A DNA stretch of 64,000 nt from Microgenomates group bacterium (GTDB lineage Bacteria > Patescibacteriota > Microgenomatia > Daviesbacterales > UBA10151), in assembly GCA_041659805.1 (NCBI GenBank), contig JBAZXP010000001.1, forward strand, positions 704,589 to 768,588, given 5' to 3'. Shown in pieces: positions 19,999 to 29,948 of the stretch. The notes under the pieces are model-generated. The model did no database searches. It saw only the letters and a list, made by a program, of their open reading frames with translations, and was not told the origin of the DNA. Within the stretch, counting starts at the first letter, position 1; each line of letters starts with the position of its first letter. Both the position numbers and the translations under genes were made by a program.

Positions 19999-20637
19999 GT
20001 GCATTCTTATAGGATAAATGGTACAATACACTCTATGGGAAATTTTAATAGAGGTAATAGATCAGGCGGAGAACGTAGTTATAGACCTTCTAGCTTTAAC
20101 CGTGGCTCAGATAGACAAGTAGAAATGCAACAAGCTGTTTGTGCTAAATGTGGACAGAACTGTGAAATTCCTTTTAGACCAACCAATGACAGGCCTGTAT
20201 ATTGTTCAAGCTGTTTTGAAAACAACAGAAATTCTGATTCAAGATCAGAAGGAAGAAGCTTTGTCAGACCTTCTAATTCTGAAGATCGTGAGATGTTTAC
20301 AGCTACTTGTGCAGATTGTGGTTCCAGTTGCCAGGTTCCTTTTAAACCAACCAACGGTAAACCGGTTTTTTGTAGCAATTGTTTTGGTGATAAAAAAGAA
20401 GGTAACAATAGAAGAAGTGAAAGACCAAACTCTCAACCTCAGGATAATAAACAACTTGAAGCTATAAATAGCAAACTTGATAAGATTTTAGCAATTTTAG
20501 CTCCAAATACAGCCTCAAAAGAAGATTTAGAAGAAATAGCTGAGGAAATCAAAGAAGTTACAGAAGATTTACCAGTAGAAGTTGTTGTTGAGAAAAAAGT
20601 AAAAGTTGCAAAGAAAAAAGCTCCAGTAAAGAAATAA
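19999..20637 (+). CDS. tandem CxxC zinc-ribbon protein with Arg/Ser-rich N-terminus and Lys-rich C-terminal tail
   Basis: Two copies of C-x2-C-x3-C-x15-C-x2-C (CAKCGQNCEIPFRPTNDRPVYCSSCF and CADCGSSCQVPFKPTNGKPVFCSNCF), plus a KKVKVAKKKAPVKK tail. Confidence 0.45.
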   Translation: MHSYRINGTIHSMGNFNRGNRSGGERSYRPSSFNRGSDRQVEMQQAVCAKCGQNCEIPFRPTNDRPVYCSSCFENNRNSDSRSEGRSFVRPSNSEDREMFTATCADCGSSCQVPFKPTNGKPVFCSNCFGDKKEGNNRRSERPNSQPQDNKQLEAINSKLDKILAILAPNTASKEDLEEIAEEIKEVTEDLPVEVVVEKKVKVAKKKAPVKK

Positions 20638-20642
20638 TTAAG

Positions 20643-21293
20643 TTAAAATCCCTTTAGTTTAGCCTGAACTGTTAATCTTTTTGTGTTTAATCCAGGTGGG
20701 ACACAAGTCATCAGTGTTAAATATCTGCCTGTTTCGTCAGGAGGATTAATTACCCATGTTTCTTGGGGATTAACAATTGTTAGGCCCTTAACAATATATT
20801 CAAATTTTTGTCCACCTGCAGTAACTATTATAGAATCACCCTTTTTAATGTCAGGTAATTTAGAAAAAATAGCTTTATAGTTATCTTGTTTGAAAAATTG
20901 AGGCAGGGAAGAATGACCAGAAATAAAAACATTACCTTTTTCACCAGGAAGAGCTGATCCTGGTAAATGAGACAAGTGTGTTTCAAAAGTATTACTGTCA
21001 ACAGATACTTCTGCTGCATCTAATTTAATACCGGGCACAGAAACAGTAAAAGTATTATACGAAGCCGGAATAGACCTTTTGTTGTTTGAGGTAATAACGG
21101 GAAAATTATTTCGGTTTTCGATAGATACTCCTAAAACTGATTTTGAATCAAGAGAAGGGCTAACTAGAGCAACATTTTGCTGTGAATATACAAAAGCCTC
21201 CCAGGCCTTAAAAGATACAATAGGCATAATTACCTGTGTAAGCAAAAAAACACCTATTCCTAACATAAATAGAGGGAGCAGCTTAAGGAGCAT
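20643..21293 (-). CDS. sortase-family transpeptidase
   Basis: N-terminal TM anchor, a catalytic His in FISGHSS, the TLxTC motif (LTLMTCVPPG) and a downstream Arg. Confidence 0.7.
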   Translation of the reverse strand: MLLKLLPLFMLGIGVFLLTQVIMPIVSFKAWEAFVYSQQNVALVSPSLDSKSVLGVSIENRNNFPVITSNNKRSIPASYNTFTVSVPGIKLDAAEVSVDSNTFETHLSHLPGSALPGEKGNVFISGHSSLPQFFKQDNYKAIFSKLPDIKKGDSIIVTAGGQKFEYIVKGLTIVNPQETWVINPPDETGRYLTLMTCVPPGLNTKRLTVQAKLKGF

Positions 21294-21344
21294 ATATATC
21301 TATATTAGACTAGATCGAAAGCCTAAATCAAGGTATAAAAAGGG

Positions 21345-21869
21345 TTAAAAAAGAGGAATGCCTTTATAATTTTTGCTTCCTCTGTAGAGTGCATTAGATA
21401 CAGTTAGAGGCACCTCTTTATTATCATTTCCTAAACCAATGACCCAAAATGGCACCGGGCCATTCAGAATCTTTATTTTTGCATTAGGCTTAATTGAGGT
21501 AGAGCAAACATCTAAAAAAGATCTATCGTCAGGTGCATAAGCATATTTCCAATACCTTAAAGAGTTCAATCGGTCAGGAGTAATAAGCTTTTCATCTACT
21601 TCCAGAACCCTGATAGTTTGCCAGCCAAAGCGGCTAAGCGAGATTAGCATTTCTAAATAATTTTTTGGAGTGGATGCATTTCGGTCACCATTTATAAATT
21701 TTCCGATAAAACCTTTTGGCATGGGCTGTTTATTCCAAGTCCAATCAAAGCTGGGTTTAGAATCTCCGACCGCGAGTTTCGTTGGATATTCAAAAATTAA
21801 TCTTCCTGCGAGATCAAGCATTGAACGTGGTTCAGAGTGATATGAAAGAAAGTTACTAGGTAATTCCAT
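21345..21869 (-). CDS. hypothetical protein (174 aa)
   Basis: ORF only. Confidence 0.3.
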   Translation of the reverse strand: MELPSNFLSYHSEPRSMLDLAGRLIFEYPTKLAVGDSKPSFDWTWNKQPMPKGFIGKFINGDRNASTPKNYLEMLISLSRFGWQTIRVLEVDEKLITPDRLNSLRYWKYAYAPDDRSFLDVCSTSIKPNAKIKILNGPVPFWVIGLGNDNKEVPLTVSNALYRGSKNYKGIPLF

Positions 21870-22090
21870 ATTTGTATTATAGTACCTTCACAGAGTAAAA
21901 GCAACCTATAGTAGTTAGATCAAAAGAGGTGTTTTGACAGCCCAAAGAAAACCCTAGTTAAAATGGTTCTACTGGTAGGCAATCCAAAAAAGAGTAATTA
22001 GGCCTACTTACTAGGCGTTTTACATATTCAATATCGTCAGGGTGATTTCGCTTCATTTCACCGCTTCTGATGATATAATGACTACAAATT

Positions 22091-22711
22091 ATGAAAACTA
22101 ATTATTGTACTCTGTATGTTGTCCGTCATGGAGAAACTGATTGGAATGTTGCCAAAAAAATTCAAGGTCACACAGATATTGATTTAAATACTGAAGGAGA
22201 AAAACAAGCACAGTTATTAGGTGAAGAATTAAAAGACATAGATTTTGAAGCTGTGTTTTCTTCAGATTTAATAAGAGCAAAAAGAACAGCAGAAATTATA
22301 GCTTTAGAAAAAAAGCTTGCTGTGACTACAACAGAATTACTCAGGGAACGCAAATTCGGACGTTTTGAAGGTAAACATATTGACGCATTTAAAGAGATGG
22401 GTGATGTTTTAGATAAATTGACTGATGAAGAAAGATTTTCCAGCAAACATTTTCCTGATGTGGAAAATGATGAAGAATTAATCAATCACTTTATTACATT
22501 CACAAGGGAGGTTTGTGTGGCTAATCCGGGAAAAAATATTTTAATTACCACTCATGGGGGGATTCTCAGGTCTTTACTAGTACATTTAGGTTATGCAAAC
22601 TATAAAGATCCTCTGCATGTTGGTAATACTGCATACATGGTTTTGAAATCTGATGGTGTTGATTTTTTTATTGAAGGCGTGAAGGGTATAGAAAAAAATA
22701 TTACTACTTAG
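22091..22711 (+). CDS. histidine phosphatase family protein (phosphoglycerate-mutase-like)
   Basis: LYVVRHGETDWN, the RHG catalytic motif. Confidence 0.75.
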   Translation: MKTNYCTLYVVRHGETDWNVAKKIQGHTDIDLNTEGEKQAQLLGEELKDIDFEAVFSSDLIRAKRTAEIIALEKKLAVTTTELLRERKFGRFEGKHIDAFKEMGDVLDKLTDEERFSSKHFPDVENDEELINHFITFTREVCVANPGKNILITTHGGILRSLLVHLGYANYKDPLHVGNTAYMVLKSDGVDFFIEGVKGIEKNITT

Positions 22712-23294
22712 GTAATTTTAGATTAAAACGGTTGCTGTATTCGTAAAACTCAATTGTTCGACCTCTTGATAAGGCTCTATCTATTAATACCTCACATCTT
22801 GCTCTTGAATACCTTTGAGCAAGTACACAATAGAGATTAAGAACTCCGACACTGCCGATTATTGTTAACCCAAACATATTGCCGTTCATAATATCTGCTA
22901 TACATGTGGGTAAATTTGTTACTGCAATTGCTCCAAGATGCCAAATTTCATTAAACGCTGTTTGATTTGTGCCGTAATCAATCAAAGATGAGAGTCTAGT
23001 ATCCTTAACACTGTAAGTTGATTGATACCTATATTTGCCATTGCTAGTCATATGCCTCGCAAGAATCCTTGGTATTTTTTGAAATTGGTGAATTTGGAGA
23101 GCTTTCAATATTTTAATAGTTGTATGTGGATTTCCCCTTGGTTTTAAGTACCATTTAAATAGACGCTGGACAACATTATCACTTTCAGAATGTTCAAACA
23201 TTTCCTTATAGGTTTTAGGCTCAGAAGTTTGTGTTTCTGTTTCTGTTGGAAAATTTAAAGCGTGACTCGTATATAGTTCCTGATCAAGTCTCAT
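22704..23294 (-). CDS. hypothetical protein with C-terminal hydrophobic segment (196 aa)
   Basis: ORF only. Confidence 0.3.
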   Translation of the reverse strand: MRLDQELYTSHALNFPTETETQTSEPKTYKEMFEHSESDNVVQRLFKWYLKPRGNPHTTIKILKALQIHQFQKIPRILARHMTSNGKYRYQSTYSVKDTRLSSLIDYGTNQTAFNEIWHLGAIAVTNLPTCIADIMNGNMFGLTIIGSVGVLNLYCVLAQRYSRARCEVLIDRALSRGRTIEFYEYSNRFNLKLPK

Positions 23295-23472
23295 AAGCAG
23301 GAATTATATCAAAAGGAGGTGAATAGATCAACTATAGGCTTATTTATTTGAATACAATATGTGCCCTTCTTGCACTTTCATTCGAACACCTTTTAGCCTG
23401 GATCTCTGATATCCAACAGACTTACATGAAAGGTACTGATCCTGATTATACCAAAAAAGGAGTGGAAGAAGA

Positions 23473-23922
23473 ATGAGTAATCTGTTTCCCTCCCAACTTC
23501 ATACAGAAAAAACCTTTTATCTGTCATTTTTGGATGATTTGGAGAGCTGTAATGAGGAAGTTATCATTGAAAGTCCTTATATTACCAGCGAACGAACAAG
23601 TTTGTTTATTCCTATATTTGAAATGCTTTTGAAAAAAGGTGTAAGAATTTATGTTATGACCAGAGACCCAAAAGAACACGATTTGAACTTAGAGGCACAA
23701 TCAGAAGAGACTATTAGGACTTTTGAAATAATGGGAGTTCAAACTTTACTGTGCGTTGGCAATCATCACCGGAAACTGGCTATTTTAGACAGAAAAATAC
23801 TTTGGGAGGGTAGCTTGAACATTTTATCTCAAACGCACAGTCGTGAAATTATGAGGAGAATAGAAAATGAAGAAATTGCTATGGAGATGTTTAACTTTTT
23901 GAAGCTGAATAAGTTTATTTAG
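23473..23922 (+). CDS. PLD-superfamily (HKD) nuclease-like protein, single HKD motif (Nuc/BfiI-like)
   Basis: GNHHRKLAILD matches HxK(x4)D. The size (149 aa) is typical of the dimeric Nuc-like endonucleases. Confidence 0.6.
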   Translation: MSNLFPSQLHTEKTFYLSFLDDLESCNEEVIIESPYITSERTSLFIPIFEMLLKKGVRIYVMTRDPKEHDLNLEAQSEETIRTFEIMGVQTLLCVGNHHRKLAILDRKILWEGSLNILSQTHSREIMRRIENEEIAMEMFNFLKLNKFI

Positions 23923-24130
23923 TCTTCATTATCTCGGATATATCCACTCCGAGCGCTTTGCTTATTTTTAGTAAATTATCAGGAGATGTAGCAACTTCGC
24001 CTCTTTCAATGACAGCGAAATAATTTACATTTATTTCAGCCTTTTTTGCTACCTCTGCTTGGGTAAGCTTGGCTTTTTCCCTTAACTTTTTGATATTTTT
24101 GCCGTAAATTTCTTTGTATGAGCTATCCAT
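23915..24130 (-). CDS. XRE-family helix-turn-helix transcriptional regulator (71 aa)
   Basis: LTQAEVAKKAEINVNYFAVIERGEVATSPDNLLKISKALGV, the Cro/C1-type HTH pattern. Confidence 0.7.
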   Translation of the reverse strand: MDSSYKEIYGKNIKKLREKAKLTQAEVAKKAEINVNYFAVIERGEVATSPDNLLKISKALGVDISEIMKTK

Positions 24131-24301
24131 ATTTCGATATTATAGCATTTTCCAAAAAACAATCAAAATCTATAGGGTCCCCTTAAAGCCAAATATATTT
24201 ATTAGTCATTTTGCTACGAGTTTGAAATCTGGTAAACTATCCGATAGTGGCAGTGATTGTGACTTTTGTAAATATAGAGAAGATATCAGACAATTCGAGA
24301 A

Positions 24302-25804
24302 ATGAATGACCCTAGAATAAAATTTAATAAATACTTTAAAGTAAATAAAAAGGATCTTGATAAGGAGGGATTTTTTAATATTTCACTAGTGTCGGATTTA
24401 CCACTTTTCATCGATCCGTTCCACCTTTTCTATAGTCCAAAAGCAGAATATCAAAAACTACATAAAGATATTATTGAATATCTGATTTTTCTAAGAGGAA
24501 TTTCTACAAACTATGCTGGTATGCAATTACCAGCATCCATACTCAATACTTATTACAAATTTCCAGAGGTAAAACAGAATTGGTTTGGCTTTTCTTTTAT
24601 CGGCAATGAAGGTCATGGTCTAGGTGCCAAATTTGCAAAAGCACTGAACAATAATTTTAGCGAACTGTTTAATGATTTCGGATCTGGGAAAAAGACCCAC
24701 CATTTAGAGAAGTTAACCTTAATTGCAGATAGGGTTGGGAAAGATTCGGTAAGTGACTTTGCGACAAATCTGATCCACGGATTTTTAGCAAAACAGACAG
24801 AAGAATTTACTAAAACATATGTTGACAAGAATCAAACTAAACCATTCACGATTAAAAGAGCTGAATTTGATTATGTTCATCAAGTTTGGAAACCCAAAGT
24901 ATATGTTTTGCCAGCATATGGCGGAGATTACGTGTTACTTACCCCAAAAGATTTACTTACAAAGAATGATACTTGGATTAACAAGACTGACTTTATAGAA
25001 GACTTCGCTGAAATTCCAAATTCAATGCCTAATGATGTTTTGCGTGAACAACTTTCAAGATATTTTGACCAAAAGTTAAAGGAAAACGCAAAAACTAGAT
25101 TAAACAAGAAGACAAAAAAACTTGAGGATTACCAGACTCAAGAGACAAGAGGAAAAGCAGCAATCGAAACTGCCAAAAAATTTCCACAATCAATTGATGT
25201 ATATATCAAGCTAAAAGAAGAGAAGGGGGATCAAGCAAAGGTAATCAGCGAAGAATATGTACTTGAAACAGAGACATTTTTTGAAAATCAATTTTCAAAT
25301 TTTGCAGAACAGGTTGATACAAAAAAAACTAAACCGACTTCATATAAAGAAGCTCTTGCTCGTGCATTATATTTCAAAGAGTGTGTTGAGCTTCACGACA
25401 ATTATAAGAATCTATACGATGGACAAAAGCCAGCAGATGAAGATTGGATACAGAGAATGTTTTGGCTTGTTTGGTATGGATCCGAAAGCGATCTTAATAG
25501 AGAGCCTAAAAATGGTCTTGGTGAACCAGATTTTACAGCATCTCAAGGAAGAAAAGACAAGACTGTAATTGAGTTTAAATTGGCCAGTAGTAGTAGCTTA
25601 GAAAAAAATATTCTTAACCAATTAGAGAAGTATAAAGAAGTTAATAAGACGAATCAGGGTATTTGGGTCATTATATTTTTTACATACAAAGATCATCAAA
25701 AGGTTTTAGGGATTCTTAAAAAGAATAATTTAGAAGGTAACAAAAACTATATTTTGGTTGATGCTCGAAAAGACAACAAAATACCTCCTTCAAAGATCAA
25801 ATAA
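24302..25804 (+). CDS. large hypothetical protein with C-terminal PD-(D/E)xK-like nuclease motif
   Basis: C-terminal GLGEPDF(x11)TVIEFK followed by a hydrophobic beta-strand (GIWVIIFF) fits the restriction-endonuclease-like D...(D/E)xK core. The N-terminal ~380 aa is unrecognised. Confidence 0.45.
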   Translation: MNDPRIKFNKYFKVNKKDLDKEGFFNISLVSDLPLFIDPFHLFYSPKAEYQKLHKDIIEYLIFLRGISTNYAGMQLPASILNTYYKFPEVKQNWFGFSFIGNEGHGLGAKFAKALNNNFSELFNDFGSGKKTHHLEKLTLIADRVGKDSVSDFATNLIHGFLAKQTEEFTKTYVDKNQTKPFTIKRAEFDYVHQVWKPKVYVLPAYGGDYVLLTPKDLLTKNDTWINKTDFIEDFAEIPNSMPNDVLREQLSRYFDQKLKENAKTRLNKKTKKLEDYQTQETRGKAAIETAKKFPQSIDVYIKLKEEKGDQAKVISEEYVLETETFFENQFSNFAEQVDTKKTKPTSYKEALARALYFKECVELHDNYKNLYDGQKPADEDWIQRMFWLVWYGSESDLNREPKNGLGEPDFTASQGRKDKTVIEFKLASSSSLEKNILNQLEKYKEVNKTNQGIWVIIFFTYKDHQKVLGILKKNNLEGNKNYILVDARKDNKIPPSKIK

Positions 25805-25908
25805 ATGAATATTCAACTAAACTATGATGATTTGAATAACGATCAAAAAAACAGAGTTTTCAGATAATGTAATTAACGAATTAAGAAAGATACTAAAATA
25901 ATTCAAGA

Positions 25909-26208
25909 TTAAGCGTATTTATTTTCAAAAGACTTATCAGACATTAAAAGATAAATAATGCCTTCTAAGAAACCAATAAATCCGGGGACAAATGTCCAGA
26001 AGAATATTATATAGATAATTCCTTGTATAGGTTTACCTAAATAAAATTTGTGAATTCCAAAATCACCAAGAAATATAGCCAATAATGCAGCTGCTATTCT
26101 ATTTTTGCTTGTCTTTGACTCCAAAACAGGAGAATATTTACTCTTAACTTGAGCTCTATACTTTTCCTCTTCCTCAATTTTCTTTTTTGATTTTTCTGTG
26201 AGTGCCAT
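25909..26208 (-). CDS. TM2-domain membrane protein
   Basis: AAALLAIFLGDFGIHKFYLGKPIQG, the TM2-domain consensus (GxxGxHxFYLG). Confidence 0.55.
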   Translation of the reverse strand: MALTEKSKKKIEEEEKYRAQVKSKYSPVLESKTSKNRIAAALLAIFLGDFGIHKFYLGKPIQGIIYIIFFWTFVPGFIGFLEGIIYLLMSDKSFENKYA

Positions 26209-26246
26209 ATCTTGCTGAATAATATCAAATAATTTTTACTTTATCA

Positions 26247-26864
26247 TTAAGGATTTCCAGCTCCTAGAAATGTTCTTGGATTAACAGGTATTCCATAAAC
26301 TCTAACTTCAAAATGTAAATGTGGGCCTGTTGACCAGCCTGTTGAACCCATTCTTCCTATAACCTGTTTAGTAGATGTTATTTCCTGCCCTTTAACTACA
26401 AATATTTTATCAAGATGGGCATATATAGAAGTAATATTATTACCATGATCTATGATTATATGTTTACCGTATCCCCAGGATATTTCACCAGCGTAGATTA
26501 CTTTACCAGGTAAAAAGGGGTTTATAGGGTCACCTATCTGACCATAGGCATTTGCTATATCAATTCCTGTATGGAAAATCTGGAAACCGCTGCTTTGTCC
26601 AAACTCTAAAGTTATTACTCCAAATGTAGGCCAAGAAACTATTACCTTTAAAGGGATAGCTTCACCTGTAACAGGATCATGTATTTCTACATTTTGGGTT
26701 TGTTCGTTTACTGAAACTAGCTTATCCGAAATAATATCAAGCCCGATTTGAGTTAAGAGAATAATTGCAATAATTGGTATTGATATGGCAATACAAAAAG
26801 CTACTAAGACAAATTTAAGTTCTCTTTTAAAGGAAAATATAAGATATGCAAATTTTGGATTCAT
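26247..26864 (-). CDS. M23-family (LytM-like) metallo-endopeptidase
   Basis: HTGIDIA ... GPHLHFEV motifs, plus an N-terminal TM anchor. Confidence 0.8.
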   Translation of the reverse strand: MNPKFAYLIFSFKRELKFVLVAFCIAISIPIIAIILLTQIGLDIISDKLVSVNEQTQNVEIHDPVTGEAIPLKVIVSWPTFGVITLEFGQSSGFQIFHTGIDIANAYGQIGDPINPFLPGKVIYAGEISWGYGKHIIIDHGNNITSIYAHLDKIFVVKGQEITSTKQVIGRMGSTGWSTGPHLHFEVRVYGIPVNPRTFLGAGNP

Positions 26865-26938
26865 CTGCTTGCTGGGCAGATGAACGTATTATACTCCAAA
26901 TTATTTTAGCATTTATAAAAGAATTCAATTCTCTTAGG

Positions 26939-27442
26939 CTAAATATTACCCCTCAATTCCTTAGTAAGGGATTTAATGCGATCTTTATTGCTTTCTAGAT
27001 ATCCCTCTCCTGGAACGTATAATCTTAGATTTGTTCCCAAAATAAAGTTTATACCCCTCACTTCTGCATTAGGATGGATCACGATGGATTCTTTAGCAGA
27101 TACACAATCATTTCTTGGATTGCAGCAACATAGAAGGATAGAAGCTGCTTTACCATCAACTGACTCTATCCAATCTTGTATTTTAATTGTTTCTCCACCA
27201 TCACCTAAAACCCACTCACCTTGTTCATGGTTAGCGTGTGCATGCAACATGATTCCATTTTTATTCTGATGGTATAAACTATACGCATCAATTAAATCTG
27301 TAAAACCTCGGTTTCTCTTTAATCCAAGCATCATCAGGAAGTTTATAAAATTGTTCCATCCTAATGATTTAGGGTCATACATCTCAGTGAACCTATCCTC
27401 ACTAACATATACAAGGTTATTTCTATCACGAATTTCCTTCAT
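26939..27442 (-). CDS. hypothetical protein (167 aa) within the T4SS-like module
   Basis: ORF only. Confidence 0.3.
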   Translation of the reverse strand: MKEIRDRNNLVYVSEDRFTEMYDPKSLGWNNFINFLMMLGLKRNRGFTDLIDAYSLYHQNKNGIMLHAHANHEQGEWVLGDGGETIKIQDWIESVDGKAASILLCCCNPRNDCVSAKESIVIHPNAEVRGINFILGTNLRLYVPGEGYLESNKDRIKSLTKELRGNI

Positions 27443-27511
27443 AGAATAGGTAGTTTAGCAGAAAGATTGACTCGTTTCAAACTACTATAAGCCAACACAT
27501 GGAGGATCTAT

Positions 27512-29350
27512 TTAATTCATTATTCTTTCAGCAGGGTTTGTTGTTATTAATGGGTGTTCTGATTCTGATGCTACAACTTTTAAGGCTACATGATTTTGAT
27601 CAGCAATAATTAAAGCCTCACCTCTATCACAAGACAACAGGAACTTTTGTTCATACTCACTTAAATTAAATTCAGAAGCTACTTTTTTAATTGTGGTTGT
27701 ATCCTGCCTCATTAAAACCCTTAAGGAAGATTGTGAAGCTATGGCTTTACCATATTCATTAGACAGGAAATCATTAGCTTGTTGGGATATAACAGACACC
27801 CCTAAATAGTATTTTCTGGCTCTTCTGGTTAGTCCTGCTATAAAGTTGGCTGTTTCTTCATGTTTTAGAAGCATCCAGCCTTCATCTATTACCAGCATTC
27901 TTTTGACAGGATCTTTTTTAACTTGGTTAAAGACAAAGGAAGCTACAACAAACATCATTATTTGCCTTAAGGATTCAGAAAGATCCTTAATGTCAAAGAC
28001 CACCAATCTATTGTTTAATTCAATGTTGGTCTGTTCATCAAATACACCGGATAACGACCCTTTAATGTACTTTGTAAGCCTTGTGACAAGCTTTTTCTGG
28101 CCTAACTGCTTTAAGGTTTTGTATAGATCTATTAGCATTGGGTAAGTTCTTAACTTTTTTGGTCTTCCTCTTTTAACTTTCTTTTTTCTACCTTTTTTCT
28201 TAATGTCCTCACTTGCCTGATCATCCTCTGTCATGGAATGGTGGAATTGTTTGTAAGTTTGAATAATAGCTTTATCTACAACTGCTTTTTCTTCCGCAGT
28301 TAATCCGTCTGCCAAGAGGGAAACAAGTTCTGTTAAATCCTGAATATGTTCAGGCAGACCATTTCCTTCTTCAGTATTTGAAGATAAGGAAAAATCAAAG
28401 GGATTTATTTTTTCTTTTGATCTGACTGATAATTTTATATATGTTCCGCCAACTGATTCAGCTAATCTTTTATATTCTCTTTCTGGATCAATTACTATAA
28501 CTTTTGTTCCCTGCATTAGATGTCTTAGTATTTCAACTTTAGCTGTATAGCTTTTTCCGGATCCGGATTGGGCAAAAGTAATACTGTTGGAATTATTAAG
28601 TGAAAACCTGTCAATCATTACCAGGGAATTATTGGATTTGTTTACTCCGTAAAGTATTCCTGACTCCTGTACCAGTTCTGATGAGGTGAAAGGAAAAGTA
28701 AGGGCTGCGGAAGAGGAATCAAGGTTTCTTTTTTGATTCAGTTGATTTTCTGCTCTGGGTAAAACTGATTGTAAGCCTTCAAGTTGCTGGAAGGTTGCAG
28801 TTTTAGAGTAGAAAAGTCTTGTTGAGAGTACTGTTTCAAGCAAGGTGGTAATTTTATTAAGCTCAATTAGGGAATCAGCAGTAATGGTTATATAAATGGA
28901 TACCTGAAATAGTTTCTCCTGTCCTCTTTGGATTTTATTTTTTAGCTCAATAGCAGAATCCAATGGATCTAATATTTCAGAGCCAATTATTTTACCTGAT
29001 TGCTGCATTGATCTTTTAGTTGACTCAAGCTCTGTTATTTTTCTGTTTAACTTAGGTAAAGCGAGTATTGGATCAATGTGTTCTATATGGTAGGAGATAT
29101 CAACATTGTGATTAAAGTTGATTAGCATGGTTAACCATCCTGTTGAAGCTGTGTATGGGTAGCCGGATACAAAAAGTGTTCTAACAAATTTATTACCCAA
29201 AACTAGGTAACTGGATTGTTCTTCCAATCCAGAATAGGAAATAAGGTCTACTTGATCCTGTCCTCCCACATTAAACTTTACAGCTTGCTGTTTAGCCTTA
29301 TTCCTTTCCTGAATATCTTTGAGAAAACTAAATTGCATATGTCCCTTCAA
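27512..29350 (-). CDS. VirB4/TrbE/CagE-family type IV secretion ATPase (C-terminal two-thirds)
   Basis: Walker A AQSGSGKSY, the DEGW (Walker B/DEAW-like) motif in LVIDEGWMLL, and 612 aa. The start overlaps the upstream 206-aa ORF. Confidence 0.7.
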   Translation of the reverse strand: MKGHMQFSFLKDIQERNKAKQQAVKFNVGGQDQVDLISYSGLEEQSSYLVLGNKFVRTLFVSGYPYTASTGWLTMLINFNHNVDISYHIEHIDPILALPKLNRKITELESTKRSMQQSGKIIGSEILDPLDSAIELKNKIQRGQEKLFQVSIYITITADSLIELNKITTLLETVLSTRLFYSKTATFQQLEGLQSVLPRAENQLNQKRNLDSSSAALTFPFTSSELVQESGILYGVNKSNNSLVMIDRFSLNNSNSITFAQSGSGKSYTAKVEILRHLMQGTKVIVIDPEREYKRLAESVGGTYIKLSVRSKEKINPFDFSLSSNTEEGNGLPEHIQDLTELVSLLADGLTAEEKAVVDKAIIQTYKQFHHSMTEDDQASEDIKKKGRKKKVKRGRPKKLRTYPMLIDLYKTLKQLGQKKLVTRLTKYIKGSLSGVFDEQTNIELNNRLVVFDIKDLSESLRQIMMFVVASFVFNQVKKDPVKRMLVIDEGWMLLKHEETANFIAGLTRRARKYYLGVSVISQQANDFLSNEYGKAIASQSSLRVLMRQDTTTIKKVASEFNLSEYEQKFLLSCDRGEALIIADQNHVALKVVASESEHPLITTNPAERIMN

Positions 29351-29948
29351 ATATTGGTTTTAAAGATTCTGCTTTAAGGGGTTGGGACTTAATCTGCTCC
29401 GAGTTGTAAAAAGTATAGAAAAGTTCAAGTATTTCAAGAGAATCTAAGATTCTTGTTTTCATACCTAATTTCTCCAACCCTTTTATTACTATGTCCTGGT
29501 TTAGAAGTAGTTGTTCCTTGACCAGTGCAAAATCGTTTTGGTTATCAGTTACATCATATGGAATCACAACATAAAATCTTCTGGACAATATTTTATTTCC
29601 TGATACTAGGCTAGATATAAATGAGCAGTAGCTTTGAATTTGGGTTTTATAAACCTGCTCTTCTTCCTTGCTTTCTTTTTTGCTGAATTCTTCCAGATAC
29701 CTGTCGATATCAACTTCTCTTACTCTTATTAAAATCTGCAGTGAGCAAGGAAGCGAATTTAGAAAATTTTGAAAATTATCAATAATTGCATCCTGTTCGT
29801 CTTCACTTTTAAGCTCGAAGTTGATAGCTGAAGTTTCAATAATACACCGGTACTTATTGCCTGGAAGTATCAGGATATTATCCTTAACCTCTTTAATTCT
29901 TATTTGTCTTCTTGATGAGACTTTACTTTTTGACTTGCCAAACAGCAT
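29328..29948 (-). CDS. hypothetical protein, possibly the separated N-terminal domain of VirB4
   Basis: 206 aa, overlapping the VirB4 start by 11-23 nt. The combined length of about 818 aa equals that of canonical VirB4 proteins. Confidence 0.35.
   Translation of the reverse strand: MLFGKSKSKVSSRRQIRIKEVKDNILILPGNKYRCIIETSAINFELKSEDEQDAIIDNFQNFLNSLPCSLQILIRVREVDIDRYLEEFSKKESKEEEQVYKTQIQSYCSFISSLVSGNKILSRRFYVVIPYDVTDNQNDFALVKEQLLLNQDIVIKGLEKLGMKTRILDSLEILELFYTFYNSEQIKSQPLKAESLKPIFEGTYAI

Noticed and set aside
20079-20467. Overlapping small ORFs inside the zinc-ribbon gene
   Set aside because: They sit embedded in alternative frames of a gene with clear repeated Cys motifs and have no ribosome-binding site.
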